A model generated the notes under the pieces. It made no database searches and was not told where the DNA came from. It saw nothing but the letters and a program-made list of their open reading frames with translations. A stretch of 64,000 nucleotides of DNA from Armatimonadetes bacterium UBA1398 (lineage in GTDB: Bacteria > Armatimonadota > Zipacnadia > UBA1398), in assembly GCA_002305165.1 (NCBI GenBank), contig DBQI01000057.1:42101-106100 (forward strand), given 5' to 3'. Every line of letters starts with the position of its first letter. Positions within the stretch are counted from its first letter, which is position 1. Below are positions 37,405 through 46,422 of the stretch, in pieces. The translations under genes were made by a program, and so were the position numbers.

Positions 37405-38894
37405 CTATGGTCGTCCCCTCGGTTCTCTGGCGCTCGCTCGGGCGAGTGGGTAACCTCCAAGCCGAAGAGCTGAGCGTAGGCCTGCACCGTTCGCCTGTGA
37501 TCGCCCAGCGTCACCACCTGGTGGAATCCGAGCACATCACGGGCATCCTCAACCCTGTCCATGGTTACCTCGAAGGAGGTCCGACAGCCGCCCGCTGGCG
37601 GCGTCTGCACATTCTCCTCGATGGTGCCCGTGTCCACGATGATGGTGCCCGGCTCGGTGAAGCGGACCAGGGTGCACTTCTCGCCCTCGGGCCAGAGAAC
37701 TTGGGTCGACACGCCCAGGTCGGATTCCGAGTGGCTGCGGAGGATGTAGGGGGTCTTAGGCCCTCCGAAGCCGCCCAGACGGGTGCCCGAGGTGCAGTGG
37801 GCGACGATGAGTCGGTTCTTGAATGTCTCGGCCACAGGGTCATTCATGAATCCGGGGCGGCCTAGCACGTGACTCACGAACAGCAGCGAGGTGGCGCCGA
37901 ACAGGTCCGCCTCGCAACCGGCTGTAATGCCCTGATCCTGCAGGAGCGTCCACGCGCCACAGGGCGGCGTCGGCACGACTCGGGCGCCGACCATACCCAA
38001 GCAGTCCATCGATAGGCCATGGGCGCCCTCCTCGGCCAGGACCCGCTTGGCCGTTGTGTAGGTCCGAGCCATGTTCAGCAGGTCCTCGCGCGTGGGCTCG
38101 ACGATGTCCTTCGCCTCATCCGCGATAGCATCGGCGACGGCGCGCGACTCGGCTGTCTCCGGCATCTGCTCGAAGGTGTCTCGGAAGGTGCGCCGGGGGA
38201 TGTGCCTGACCTTGGTTCCGAGCGCGGGCAGCGCGGACTCGTACCGCTGGCTGCCGGCGATCACAAGCAGCCGCGTGTCCTCCATCATCCGCTTGGCCTT
38301 CACCATGCGGAGAGCCTGCTCGACCGCCTCGATCTCCAGCGAGGAGATCACGTGCACGCCTGGCTGCCGGGAGATCTCCAGCACATGCCCGGTGAATGAC
38401 GTGCCGATGGGAGAGAAGACGATGGTTGGCCAGCCGGCGTCGGCGATCCGCTGAGCCCAATGCCACACCCCGAGGTGCTGGAGCATGACCAGGATCGCGT
38501 CGGGACGCTCGTCCTCGGCCCTGGCGAGGAAGGCGGCCACCGCCGCATCGTCCTCGATGGCCGCCTCCTCGGGCTTCAGCCGGATGCCGAGACCGGCGGC
38601 AGTGCGGCGGATCTCAGAGGTGAAGCGTGTCCGGTGGCCCTCTACATCGTAAGAGGTGCCCGGCCAGCCTAGCCAGTACGGTGGCGGGTAGCGTAGTACG
38701 CCCATCATCACTTTCGTCGGCGCGCTGGGTCTCAGGGCGTCCACGTCGATGTCGTCGCCGAGGTCGCCCGGCACCGTCGCTCGGGCGCGGGCAGCCAATG
38801 CTCCTGCCCCCGCCATCATCGCCATGCCGGATAAGAAGCCCCTCCGGCTCAGCCCGCAGGTGCAGCAGCGGTGGTGTGGTCTGCTGTGGTCCAT
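37401..38894 (-). CDS. Tat-exported L-fucose/L-arabinose isomerase-like protein
   Basis: SRRGFL Tat motif; MDCL, GCEAD, FMNDP, AHCT, CRT and HQV...GD motifs. Confidence 0.72.
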   Translation of the reverse strand: MDHSRPHHRCCTCGLSRRGFLSGMAMMAGAGALAARARATVPGDLGDDIDVDALRPSAPTKVMMGVLRYPPPYWLGWPGTSYDVEGHRTRFTSEIRRTAAGLGIRLKPEEAAIEDDAAVAAFLARAEDERPDAILVMLQHLGVWHWAQRIADAGWPTIVFSPIGTSFTGHVLEISRQPGVHVISSLEIEAVEQALRMVKAKRMMEDTRLLVIAGSQRYESALPALGTKVRHIPRRTFRDTFEQMPETAESRAVADAIADEAKDIVEPTREDLLNMARTYTTAKRVLAEEGAHGLSMDCLGMVGARVVPTPPCGAWTLLQDQGITAGCEADLFGATSLLFVSHVLGRPGFMNDPVAETFKNRLIVAHCTSGTRLGGFGGPKTPYILRSHSESDLGVSTQVLWPEGEKCTLVRFTEPGTIIVDTGTIEENVQTPPAGGCRTSFEVTMDRVEDARDVLGFHQVVTLGDHRRTVQAYAQLFGLEVTHSPERAPENRGDDHR

Positions 38895-38932
38895 GTCGTG
38901 CGTCCTCTCCCGTCGGCCAGATGGCGCTGCGT

Positions 38933-39871
38933 CTACTGGACGACTCCTTGGGTCACGCGCATGAAGATCTCCTCAAGATTCGCCTCAGACACGCCGAAGC
39001 CTGTCACTACAACGCCCTCATGAATCAACTGTGGCATGACTAGCGCGAACTCGATCTCCTCACCGTGGTACTCCAACTCGATGCGGTGGTCCGTCGCGTG
39101 AACGTTATGCACTCCCTCGATGGTCTCCAGGACGCGGCACGCGTGGTCCACGTCGCTAGCTACGGTCACGTGAACTCGTTTGAAGGGTTCGAGCTGCGCC
39201 ATGATATCGGCCACGCTCCCCGTGACCACCATGGAGCCGGCCTCAATGATGGCGACCTTGGTCACGAAATCCGCGAGCTCGGTGAGGATGTGGGATGAGA
39301 TGAGGATCGTCTTACCCATGCCTCGCAGGGCCTTGAGGAGCTCACGGATCTCTATGCGGGCGCGCGGGTCGAGCCCTGAGGCGGGTTCATCCAGGAACAG
39401 CACCTTCGGATCATGGAGCAGCGTCTTCGCAAGGCAGAGGCGTTGTTTCATACCTCGCGAGAGTTCCTCGACGAAGGCCTCCTTCTTGACTCCCAGGTCG
39501 GTCAGAGCGAGCACGTCGTCGATGATCTGCGGCCGCCGGGAGCGCTCGATCTTGTAGGCTGCGGCGAAGAAGTCCAGGTACTCCCACACCTTGATGTCAT
39601 CGTACACGCCGAAGAAGTCGGGCATGTACCCGATCACGCGGCGCACCTCGTCCTGCTGCTGCAGGACATCCATGCCCGCGATGCGCGCCTGGCCCGCGTC
39701 TGGCCTCAGCAGCGTCACCAGCATCTTGATGGTGGTGGTCTTCCCCGCGCCGTTGGGCCCGATGAAGCCGAGGATGTCCCCCTCATCGATGGTGAAGGAC
39801 ACGTCGTTGACGGCCACCACGTTCTGGAACACCTTGCGGAGGCCATAGCACTCGACGATGGGCATACCCAT
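38933..39871 (-). CDS. ABC transporter ATP-binding protein
   Basis: GPNGAGKTT, LSRGMKQR, LDEPASGLDP and SSH motifs. Confidence 0.95.
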   Translation of the reverse strand: MGMPIVECYGLRKVFQNVVAVNDVSFTIDEGDILGFIGPNGAGKTTTIKMLVTLLRPDAGQARIAGMDVLQQQDEVRRVIGYMPDFFGVYDDIKVWEYLDFFAAAYKIERSRRPQIIDDVLALTDLGVKKEAFVEELSRGMKQRLCLAKTLLHDPKVLFLDEPASGLDPRARIEIRELLKALRGMGKTILISSHILTELADFVTKVAIIEAGSMVVTGSVADIMAQLEPFKRVHVTVASDVDHACRVLETIEGVHNVHATDHRIELEYHGEEIEFALVMPQLIHEGVVVTGFGVSEANLEEIFMRVTQGVVQ

Positions 39872-39897
39872 TGCTCCGTTCTGCTCCCGCTCCCGCG

Positions 39898-42597
39898 CTA
39901 CTCGGTGGTGAAGCGGATGCTGTCGATCACGATGTGCGCTCCCGGCGTGCCGGTTGGGTCGAAACGCAGGCCCCGAACCAAGCCGGACCAGGTCGGCTTG
40001 TCCGATAGGGGCAGCACGTACTCGCGCAGCTCGCCGTCTCCGACGAGATCGAAGCTGTAGCTGTTCGGCTCGCTGACGGGCTCCACCACGGTGCGCCAGA
40101 ACATCTGCGCGGAGCCGTCACGGTCCGAAGACATGACAATGCGCAGCACGGGATACTCCTCAGCGGCGAACCGAACGCTCGGTCCCTGCAGGATGGGGTC
40201 GCTCCCCAGAGCCACGAAGCTCAGCCGGCCGTCCTCCCAACTGACATCGCCGAAGCCCCCGCTAGGCGTCCAGCCGCCATCCGGCCCGTCCATCAGCCAC
40301 TCGGTAGTGATCACGGGCGCGGGCAGGTCGTACGGCCCGAGGCCAACATCCTTGGGCAGGACGATCCGCGCCCCGCCGGGGTCACGACCGAAAACCCGGG
40401 CTATCGCGTCGAGGTACTCGAAACCGTACTCCCTATGAGGGCCCACGTAGCTCCCCTCGCCCCACTCGTTCCATGCCTCCACGATAGCCACGCGGGCCAG
40501 TGGGCCGTCCTGTCGATCCATGAAGTCCTTCGCGTCTCGGAGGTGCTGCTCGAAGAACTCCGGCTTACGATCGGACCGGACCAGAGCGCCATCGCCGTGC
40601 CAGGGCCGCGAGTCCCAGCCACCGGAGATGGGGGTCATGATCGGCAGATCGCTTGCCTCATCCATGCCCCTCCACGCCTCGGCGTGAGGGGCCAGCAGAT
40701 CACTGAAGGGCACGTCGCGCAGGCCATCCGTTCCCAGGCCCGGCCAGTTGTAGGCCGAGAGCGCGTCGTACCCCGACGCCTCGAACTGATCGTGCCACGT
40801 CGTCACGGGCGGGCTGCACGCCACCAGATACACGGGCGGCACGCCCTGTGACTCGCACAGATCGCGCATGGCCTGGAACGCCTCGGCGACCGGCTCGGGG
40901 CCACCCATGTCGCTCCAGATCCCACTGGGGTTGAAGATGATGACCACCGGGCGACCATCCACCGTGTAGTAGCCCGGTTCCTGGAAGTAGTTGTCGATCC
41001 AGAACTGGGTAACGGCGAGCAAGTCCTCCCGGGAGTGCGATCCTGGGCCATTGTGGTTCGCCCACAGCAGGCAGAAGTCCAGGTATTCCCGATGCTCGCA
41101 CTCGAGGTACGCCTTGATCGCGTGGTCCAGCGACTGGGTGCCGCGGTCCCAGTACCAGTCATACGCGAAGAAGCGCACCCCCCGCTCGGCCGCCCAGAGG
41201 ATCTGCCAGTCCACTATCTCCGGCATCCCCTCGCGGTAGTAGCCAAGCACGGGCGTCCGCTCGGGGAAAAGGTCGAGAACCTCCCACGCGCGGTAGCTGT
41301 GCCAGCCAGGGAAGTAATAGACGCCGATCTCATAGTCGGTCGCCAGCGGCTGCGGCGTCGGCACTCGACCCGGCGCGAGGCCCGTCGGGCTGGCGGTGAT
41401 CTCGATGGTCGCCTCCAAGCGCTGGTTCACGCCCGGACCCAACAGCCGAACCGTGATGGGATAGAGCCCCGGCTCTGACGCGCGCACGGGCCAGAGGAGG
41501 TCGCAGACGTCACCGTGCACGAGCACCCTACCCGTGTCTTGGCGGCGGGAGGCGCCGATGATCTCGAGCCCCTCAGGCCGCTCCAGGTAGGCCGAGAGGC
41601 GGCGCACCGGGGCGGAGCTCACGTTGGCGAGCCGCAGCAGAACGGCCTCCTCCGCACCCACGCGAGGCATCGGGTGCTGACTACCCAGGTAGACCACCGT
41701 CGGTCGCGGCTTGCCCGAGGGCTCGGCACTGAGACGAACGGTCTCCACGGGCAGTACCGCGCCGGGAGCCAGGTTCTGGGCCGCTCGCACGATCAAGAGG
41801 GCGCCCGGTTCGTGCAACTGAGAGGCTCCAGGGAGCCACAGGTTGCTCGACCCGCCGGGCTCGACGGTCAGCGGGCGCCAATCGGCCTCACCCGATCCGG
41901 GACTCACGATGCCGGCCTGCAAGGCCACCGGGGCGGCATCGGCGGACCAGTCCAGCGAGAGCCACGGCCTCGCCTCGGCGTTGGCGGCTGCGGGAGGGCT
42001 GGCGAGGAGCGCGGGCCCGCCCTCGGCCACGAGGCGGCCATCCTCGATGCGTGCGCCGGCCAGGGGCCATAAGGCCCCCTGGCCTGACTCATTCCAGCCG
42101 GCCTGTGGTGGCACCGGGACCTCCGCGATGCGGATGGCGTGGAGCACGAACCGGACGCCCGCGGGTGGATCCAGCCGCAACTGGATCAGTTCGGGTGCTT
42201 GCAGCCAGAAGGGCCAGAGGGTCATCGTGGTGGGCCCGTCGGTACGTGCGAAGCTCACGTTGATCTGCTTGGCCCCGCTGAACCCACTGTACTCCGTGTT
42301 GCGGTCGTGGGCGTAGAAGATCTCGCCTTGGCCCGCCCGAGAGCACTCGTAGACGATCTCGAGCGCTTGGTAGGGGCTGGTCGGGATGCGGAACTCGGGC
42401 AGGTACGTGATGGGGTCCGACCCGACGGTATCCATGACCAAGCCCTGAGCCGTCGCCTGATGGGTGACGATGTCGCCGCCGAACTCGACGCCGCGCTCGT
42501 CATTCGCTCGGTCGAACTCGAGGCTCCAGACGACACGGGCGGACTCAGGGACCGTCTGGCCCAGGCCCATGGCAAGGCTGATCAGAATCCACGACAT
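39898..42597 (-). CDS. Secreted GH99-like (WbsX-like) domain protein with CBM-like modules
   Basis: YYFPGWH, YDWYW, FCLLWANH and AWNEWGEGSY motifs; start at ATG 42597. Confidence 0.8.
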   Translation of the reverse strand: MSWILISLAMGLGQTVPESARVVWSLEFDRANDERGVEFGGDIVTHQATAQGLVMDTVGSDPITYLPEFRIPTSPYQALEIVYECSRAGQGEIFYAHDRNTEYSGFSGAKQINVSFARTDGPTTMTLWPFWLQAPELIQLRLDPPAGVRFVLHAIRIAEVPVPPQAGWNESGQGALWPLAGARIEDGRLVAEGGPALLASPPAAANAEARPWLSLDWSADAAPVALQAGIVSPGSGEADWRPLTVEPGGSSNLWLPGASQLHEPGALLIVRAAQNLAPGAVLPVETVRLSAEPSGKPRPTVVYLGSQHPMPRVGAEEAVLLRLANVSSAPVRRLSAYLERPEGLEIIGASRRQDTGRVLVHGDVCDLLWPVRASEPGLYPITVRLLGPGVNQRLEATIEITASPTGLAPGRVPTPQPLATDYEIGVYYFPGWHSYRAWEVLDLFPERTPVLGYYREGMPEIVDWQILWAAERGVRFFAYDWYWDRGTQSLDHAIKAYLECEHREYLDFCLLWANHNGPGSHSREDLLAVTQFWIDNYFQEPGYYTVDGRPVVIIFNPSGIWSDMGGPEPVAEAFQAMRDLCESQGVPPVYLVACSPPVTTWHDQFEASGYDALSAYNWPGLGTDGLRDVPFSDLLAPHAEAWRGMDEASDLPIMTPISGGWDSRPWHGDGALVRSDRKPEFFEQHLRDAKDFMDRQDGPLARVAIVEAWNEWGEGSYVGPHREYGFEYLDAIARVFGRDPGGARIVLPKDVGLGPYDLPAPVITTEWLMDGPDGGWTPSGGFGDVSWEDGRLSFVALGSDPILQGPSVRFAAEEYPVLRIVMSSDRDGSAQMFWRTVVEPVSEPNSYSFDLVGDGELREYVLPLSDKPTWSGLVRGLRFDPTGTPGAHIVIDSIRFTTE

Positions 42598-42677
42598 CGT
42601 ACGCACCCGCCTCTCTGGGAGTACATTCGCCGACCGTCGCGGCCTGCCTACCGTCTCCGCACCGGCCGGACCGATTC

Positions 42678-43523
42678 TTACACCCGCAGGAGCGATCTGA
42701 GCCGCATGGTGGCCAACATCAGGAAGGCGATGGCGAACGTGAGGTTGCAGACGCTTGCGCACATCCACCACAGGTCGGCGCCGAGCCAGTACCCGGTCCC
42801 GCTCATACCTGCGTCGAGCAGGCCGAAGAGCGACAGCCACGAGACGAAGGGGAAGGACAAAGGATCGCTGCCCGTCCCGGTAGCGAGTTGGCGAATCATC
42901 AACTCGCCGAAGGGAAACAGCAGGTTGAACCCCATCGCCAGCACGTAAGCCAGGATGATGCCGGATACCGACGACCTGAACACCGTCGAGCAGCAGATTG
43001 CCATCGCGCCCGTGCCCAAGGCCCCGCACACGCACACCGTCACGCCGGGGGCCACCACGCCCCACGAGACACCGCCCATTAGGAAGCAGATGCCCGCCAC
43101 TGGGACTGTTGCCAGGATCAGGTAGCCCACTTGGACCATAGCGGCCGCGTACTTCCCCAGGACGATGTCTCGCGCACGGAGGGGAGTGATCGCGACCTGC
43201 TCCAGGGTCTGGGCCTCACGCTCGAAGGCGATCGCGCCTCCCAACATGCCGGGGACAGCGGCCACGATGAGGCAACACTGGGTGATCAGGATGCCAAGCA
43301 GGGCGCGACGGGACCACTCACCCATCGCTTCCGCGGTGACGGCTGGAGAGTTGGCCATGCTGATTCCGATGATCAGGAGAGCGATGCAGGCCACAACGCC
43401 GGGATAGGCGAGCAGAAGGAGCGCGCCCCTCGCTCCGCGCATGCGCACACGAAACTCGCGCAGGAACACGGGGTCCGTCGAGGACCGCGCCAGCCTGAGC
43501 CGTAAGCGATGGATCGCCTCCAA
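42678..43523 (-). CDS. ABC-2 type permease
   Basis: DPVFLREFRVRMRG and FEREAQTLEQVAITPL...IVLGKY motifs; TTG start follows GGAGG. Confidence 0.87.
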   Translation of the reverse strand: MEAIHRLRLRLARSSTDPVFLREFRVRMRGARGALLLLAYPGVVACIALLIIGISMANSPAVTAEAMGEWSRRALLGILITQCCLIVAAVPGMLGGAIAFEREAQTLEQVAITPLRARDIVLGKYAAAMVQVGYLILATVPVAGICFLMGGVSWGVVAPGVTVCVCGALGTGAMAICCSTVFRSSVSGIILAYVLAMGFNLLFPFGELMIRQLATGTGSDPLSFPFVSWLSLFGLLDAGMSGTGYWLGADLWWMCASVCNLTFAIAFLMLATMRLRSLLRV

Positions 43524-43601
43524 CCTTGCTCCTCCCGCTAGGGCCGTCGGCTTTGAGTCCGTATATAGGAGTGTCCGTTCCGCGAGAGGACAATACCTTC
43601 C

Positions 43602-44348
43602 ATGGCGAGCCAGACGCCTCCTCCGGAGGCTGAGACCGACCTCTACCCCGCCGTCAGAGACTACCTGCTGGACCAGGGCTACCACGTTCAGGGGGAGGTC
43701 CGGGACTGCGATGTGGCGGCTGTCAAGGAGGGGCAACTCGTCGTCGTCGAGATGAAACTCAGGCTCAACGCTGAGGTGCTCGGGCAAGCGGCGAGACGAC
43801 AGGAGATCGCGGATGCCGTATATGTCGCCGTGCCTCGGCCCCAGTCGCTTCCGGCTTGGCGGCGTCGGATGTCGGGGATGCTGTACCTCCTCGCCCGGCT
43901 TGAGCTGGGCCTCATTCTTGTTGCCCCACATGCACGCAAGGCGAACCGAGTCACCATTGAGCACCCAATACGGATCTTCGATAGGGTGAAGGATGGCAGG
44001 CTACGCTCGCAGGTGATGCGGGAAGTGACGGCTCGAGACGGGGACTTCAACCCGGGCGGCAGCGTTGGCCGGCGGCTCGTCGCCGCCCACCGCGAAGTGG
44101 CTATACATGCCGCCTGCTGCATCGAGCGCTTCGGAGCGCTCACCGTCCACCAACTCGAGCGGCTGGGCACGGGACCACGCACTTTCGCGGTGCTGCAGGC
44201 CTCGGGGACCATCGAGGGATGGTTCCGGGAGGTTGGAGATGGAGCCTATGGTCTGACCGCCAGGGCGCGGCGCGGGCTGGATCGCTACCCCGAAGCGGCT
44301 CGGTACTATCGCCAGCAGCTCAAGGGAGCATCCCCTCCCCCGCTGTAG
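43602..44348 (+). CDS. DUF2161 family putative PD-(D/E)xK protein
   Basis: ETDLYPAV, GEVRDCDV, VEMKL, VYVAVP, GDFNPGGS and GWF...YGLT motifs. Confidence 0.85.
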   Translation: MASQTPPPEAETDLYPAVRDYLLDQGYHVQGEVRDCDVAAVKEGQLVVVEMKLRLNAEVLGQAARRQEIADAVYVAVPRPQSLPAWRRRMSGMLYLLARLELGLILVAPHARKANRVTIEHPIRIFDRVKDGRLRSQVMREVTARDGDFNPGGSVGRRLVAAHREVAIHAACCIERFGALTVHQLERLGTGPRTFAVLQASGTIEGWFREVGDGAYGLTARARRGLDRYPEAARYYRQQLKGASPPPL

Positions 44349-44461
44349 CTATCCTTGCCGACGCCGAACCGCGAGAGGAGGGCGTCTGTGTGGAGGACCT
44401 GGTTGCGGATCTGGCGAGTGATACCTGGATCGTGGACGCACGCTGAGAGGAGTTTGAGACC

Positions 44462-45526
44462 GTGGCTACCGTGCTCATAGCTTGCGCTCTGGCGGGTAGT
44501 TCGGCTGTTTCCGTTGCTTCTGCGAAGGAGGATGTGATGATCGGACAGCACGTGTTCCTTCACTCGGCCCGCGGCGCCGATGCTCTCGTCTCACTCATCG
44601 ACGAGTACCTGGGCCCCATGGGCGTCACGCTCATCGTTGCGGAGGTCAACTACAACTACCAGTACGAGAGCCATCCGGAACTCAGCGACGGCGATCTGGA
44701 TCCCGCCGCTGCCGGCCGCGTGGCCGACGCGTGCGAACGTCACGGGATCAGGCTCGTGCCGATGCTGAACTGCCTCGGGCACCAGTCTTGGGCGGAGACG
44801 ACCTATGCTCTCTTGCGTGAGCATCCCGAGTTCGACGAGACGCCTCAGATTCCACTCGACAACCCGGACATCTACTGCCGTAGCTGGTGCCCTCTGCACC
44901 CGCAGGTGAACGGCGTTGTCTTCGACCTCATGGATGAGCTGATCGAGGGCTTCCGAGCCGATGCCTTCCATGTGGGCATGGACGAGGTCTTCTTGATCGC
45001 GAGCGAGCAGTGTGAACGCTGCCGTGGCAAGAGACCGGCGGACCTCTTCGCGAAGGCCGTGAATGACTACCACGCCCACCTGGTCGGCCAGCGAGGCGTG
45101 GAGATGATGATATGGGGGGATCGCCTGATAGACGGCCGGGCGATGCTCTACGGGAGCTGGGAGGCCTCGCTGAACGACACGGCGGAAGCGATGACCATGA
45201 TCCCCAAGGACATCATCATCTGCGACTGGCACTACGAGCCGCGCGACTCATACCCCTCCGTGCCGCACTTCGCAGAGGATGGCTTTCGGGTGCTCGTCTC
45301 TCCCTGGAAGGATGTGGCGGCCGCGGAGCTGCTTGTGGGCTACGCCCAGGAGAGCGCGGGGGCCGGCTGGAGCGGCGTGCTGTTCACAGGATGGAGCGCC
45401 GGTGACGGCGGCCTTGGCCTACTGCGAGCCCTCCGCGGCGAGGCCGAGGAGGGAGCCGGTGGAACGGGCGAGGCGGCTGTCCTCCGCGCGATCCTGCCTC
45501 GACTCGTTGCGGATGATGGGCCTTGA
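44462..45526 (+). CDS. Secreted GH20-like hexosaminidase
   Basis: Signal peptide; NCLGHQSW, FHVGMDEV, WGDRL and CDWHY motifs. Confidence 0.85.
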   Translation: MATVLIACALAGSSAVSVASAKEDVMIGQHVFLHSARGADALVSLIDEYLGPMGVTLIVAEVNYNYQYESHPELSDGDLDPAAAGRVADACERHGIRLVPMLNCLGHQSWAETTYALLREHPEFDETPQIPLDNPDIYCRSWCPLHPQVNGVVFDLMDELIEGFRADAFHVGMDEVFLIASEQCERCRGKRPADLFAKAVNDYHAHLVGQRGVEMMIWGDRLIDGRAMLYGSWEASLNDTAEAMTMIPKDIIICDWHYEPRDSYPSVPHFAEDGFRVLVSPWKDVAAAELLVGYAQESAGAGWSGVLFTGWSAGDGGLGLLRALRGEAEEGAGGTGEAAVLRAILPRLVADDGP

Positions 45527-45562
45527 ACCCGTGCGGAGATCACATGAGGGGCTGTTCAGACC

Positions 45563-46357
45563 ATGTCACGCGCCCTGCCCGTCTACCAAGTAGATGCGTT
45601 CACCTCGACCGTCTTCGCGGGTAACCCAGCCGCGGTCTGCCCCCTGGAGGAGTGGCTGGATGACCACACCCTTCAGGCCATCGCGGCCGAGAACAACCTC
45701 TCGGAGACGGCTTTCCTCGTTCCAGAGCGCGATGACTATGCGATCCGCTGGTTCACCCCGCTCGTGGAGGTGGCCTTGTGCGGCCATGCGACCCTTGCCA
45801 GCGCCTACGTGGCCTTCGAGAAGCTGGGCGTGCCAGGCGCTGAGCTGGTCTTCCGCAGCAGGCGGAGTGGATGCCTTCCGGTGCGGCGCGCCGCGGATCT
45901 GTTGATGATGGAGCTCCCTGTACGATTGCCGAGGCCGCTCGACGATCCGCCTGACATAGCCGGGGCCCTCGGAGTGCTCCCCCAAGACGCGTTCACGTCA
46001 GAGGAGGGCGACCTCCTGGTGGTGCTCGCGTCCGAGGCGGAGGTCCGGGCCGTGAGCCCGGACCTGGGCCAGATCGCCGCCTGGCCCTATCGAGGCGTCA
46101 TCGTTACGGCCCCCGGCGATGATTGCGACTTCGTGAGCCGCTTCTTCGCCCCCGCCGTCGGGGTGCCGGAGGACCCTGTCACAGGTTCCGCTCATTGCGT
46201 TCTGGCCCCCTACTGGGGGGAGCGCCTCGGGCGGCGCGAGCTGCTGGCACGCCAAGTCTCCCGCCGCGGCGGTGAGTTGATGTGCGAGCACCGTGGCCAC
46301 CGGGTGGGCATCGCCGGCCACGCGGCGCTCTATATGGAGGGCACTATCTACGTCTGA
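45563..46357 (+). CDS. PhzF family isomerase
   Basis: VDAFT, GNPAAV, NLSETAF, LCGHATLA and EDPVTGSAH motifs. Confidence 0.93.
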   Translation: MSRALPVYQVDAFTSTVFAGNPAAVCPLEEWLDDHTLQAIAAENNLSETAFLVPERDDYAIRWFTPLVEVALCGHATLASAYVAFEKLGVPGAELVFRSRRSGCLPVRRAADLLMMELPVRLPRPLDDPPDIAGALGVLPQDAFTSEEGDLLVVLASEAEVRAVSPDLGQIAAWPYRGVIVTAPGDDCDFVSRFFAPAVGVPEDPVTGSAHCVLAPYWGERLGRRELLARQVSRRGGELMCEHRGHRVGIAGHAALYMEGTIYV

Positions 46358-46373
46358 CGCGGTAGCGTACGCG

Positions 46374-46405
46374 AGGAGCGTCCGGCCGGGGCGCCGGACG
46401 CTCCT
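46374..46405. terminator. Perfect 13-bp stem-loop between convergent genes
   Basis: AGGAGCGTCCGGC-cggggc-GCCGGACGCTCCT. Confidence 0.6.
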
Positions 46406-46422
46406 GAGGCATACTGCCAGCC

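Noticed and set aside
43602-44348. Restriction or anti-phage system around the PD-(D/E)xK protein
   Set aside because: No methyltransferase, ATPase or other defence partner is adjacent.
45563-46357. Phenazine biosynthesis cluster
   Set aside because: This is a lone PhzF-family gene with no other phz genes.
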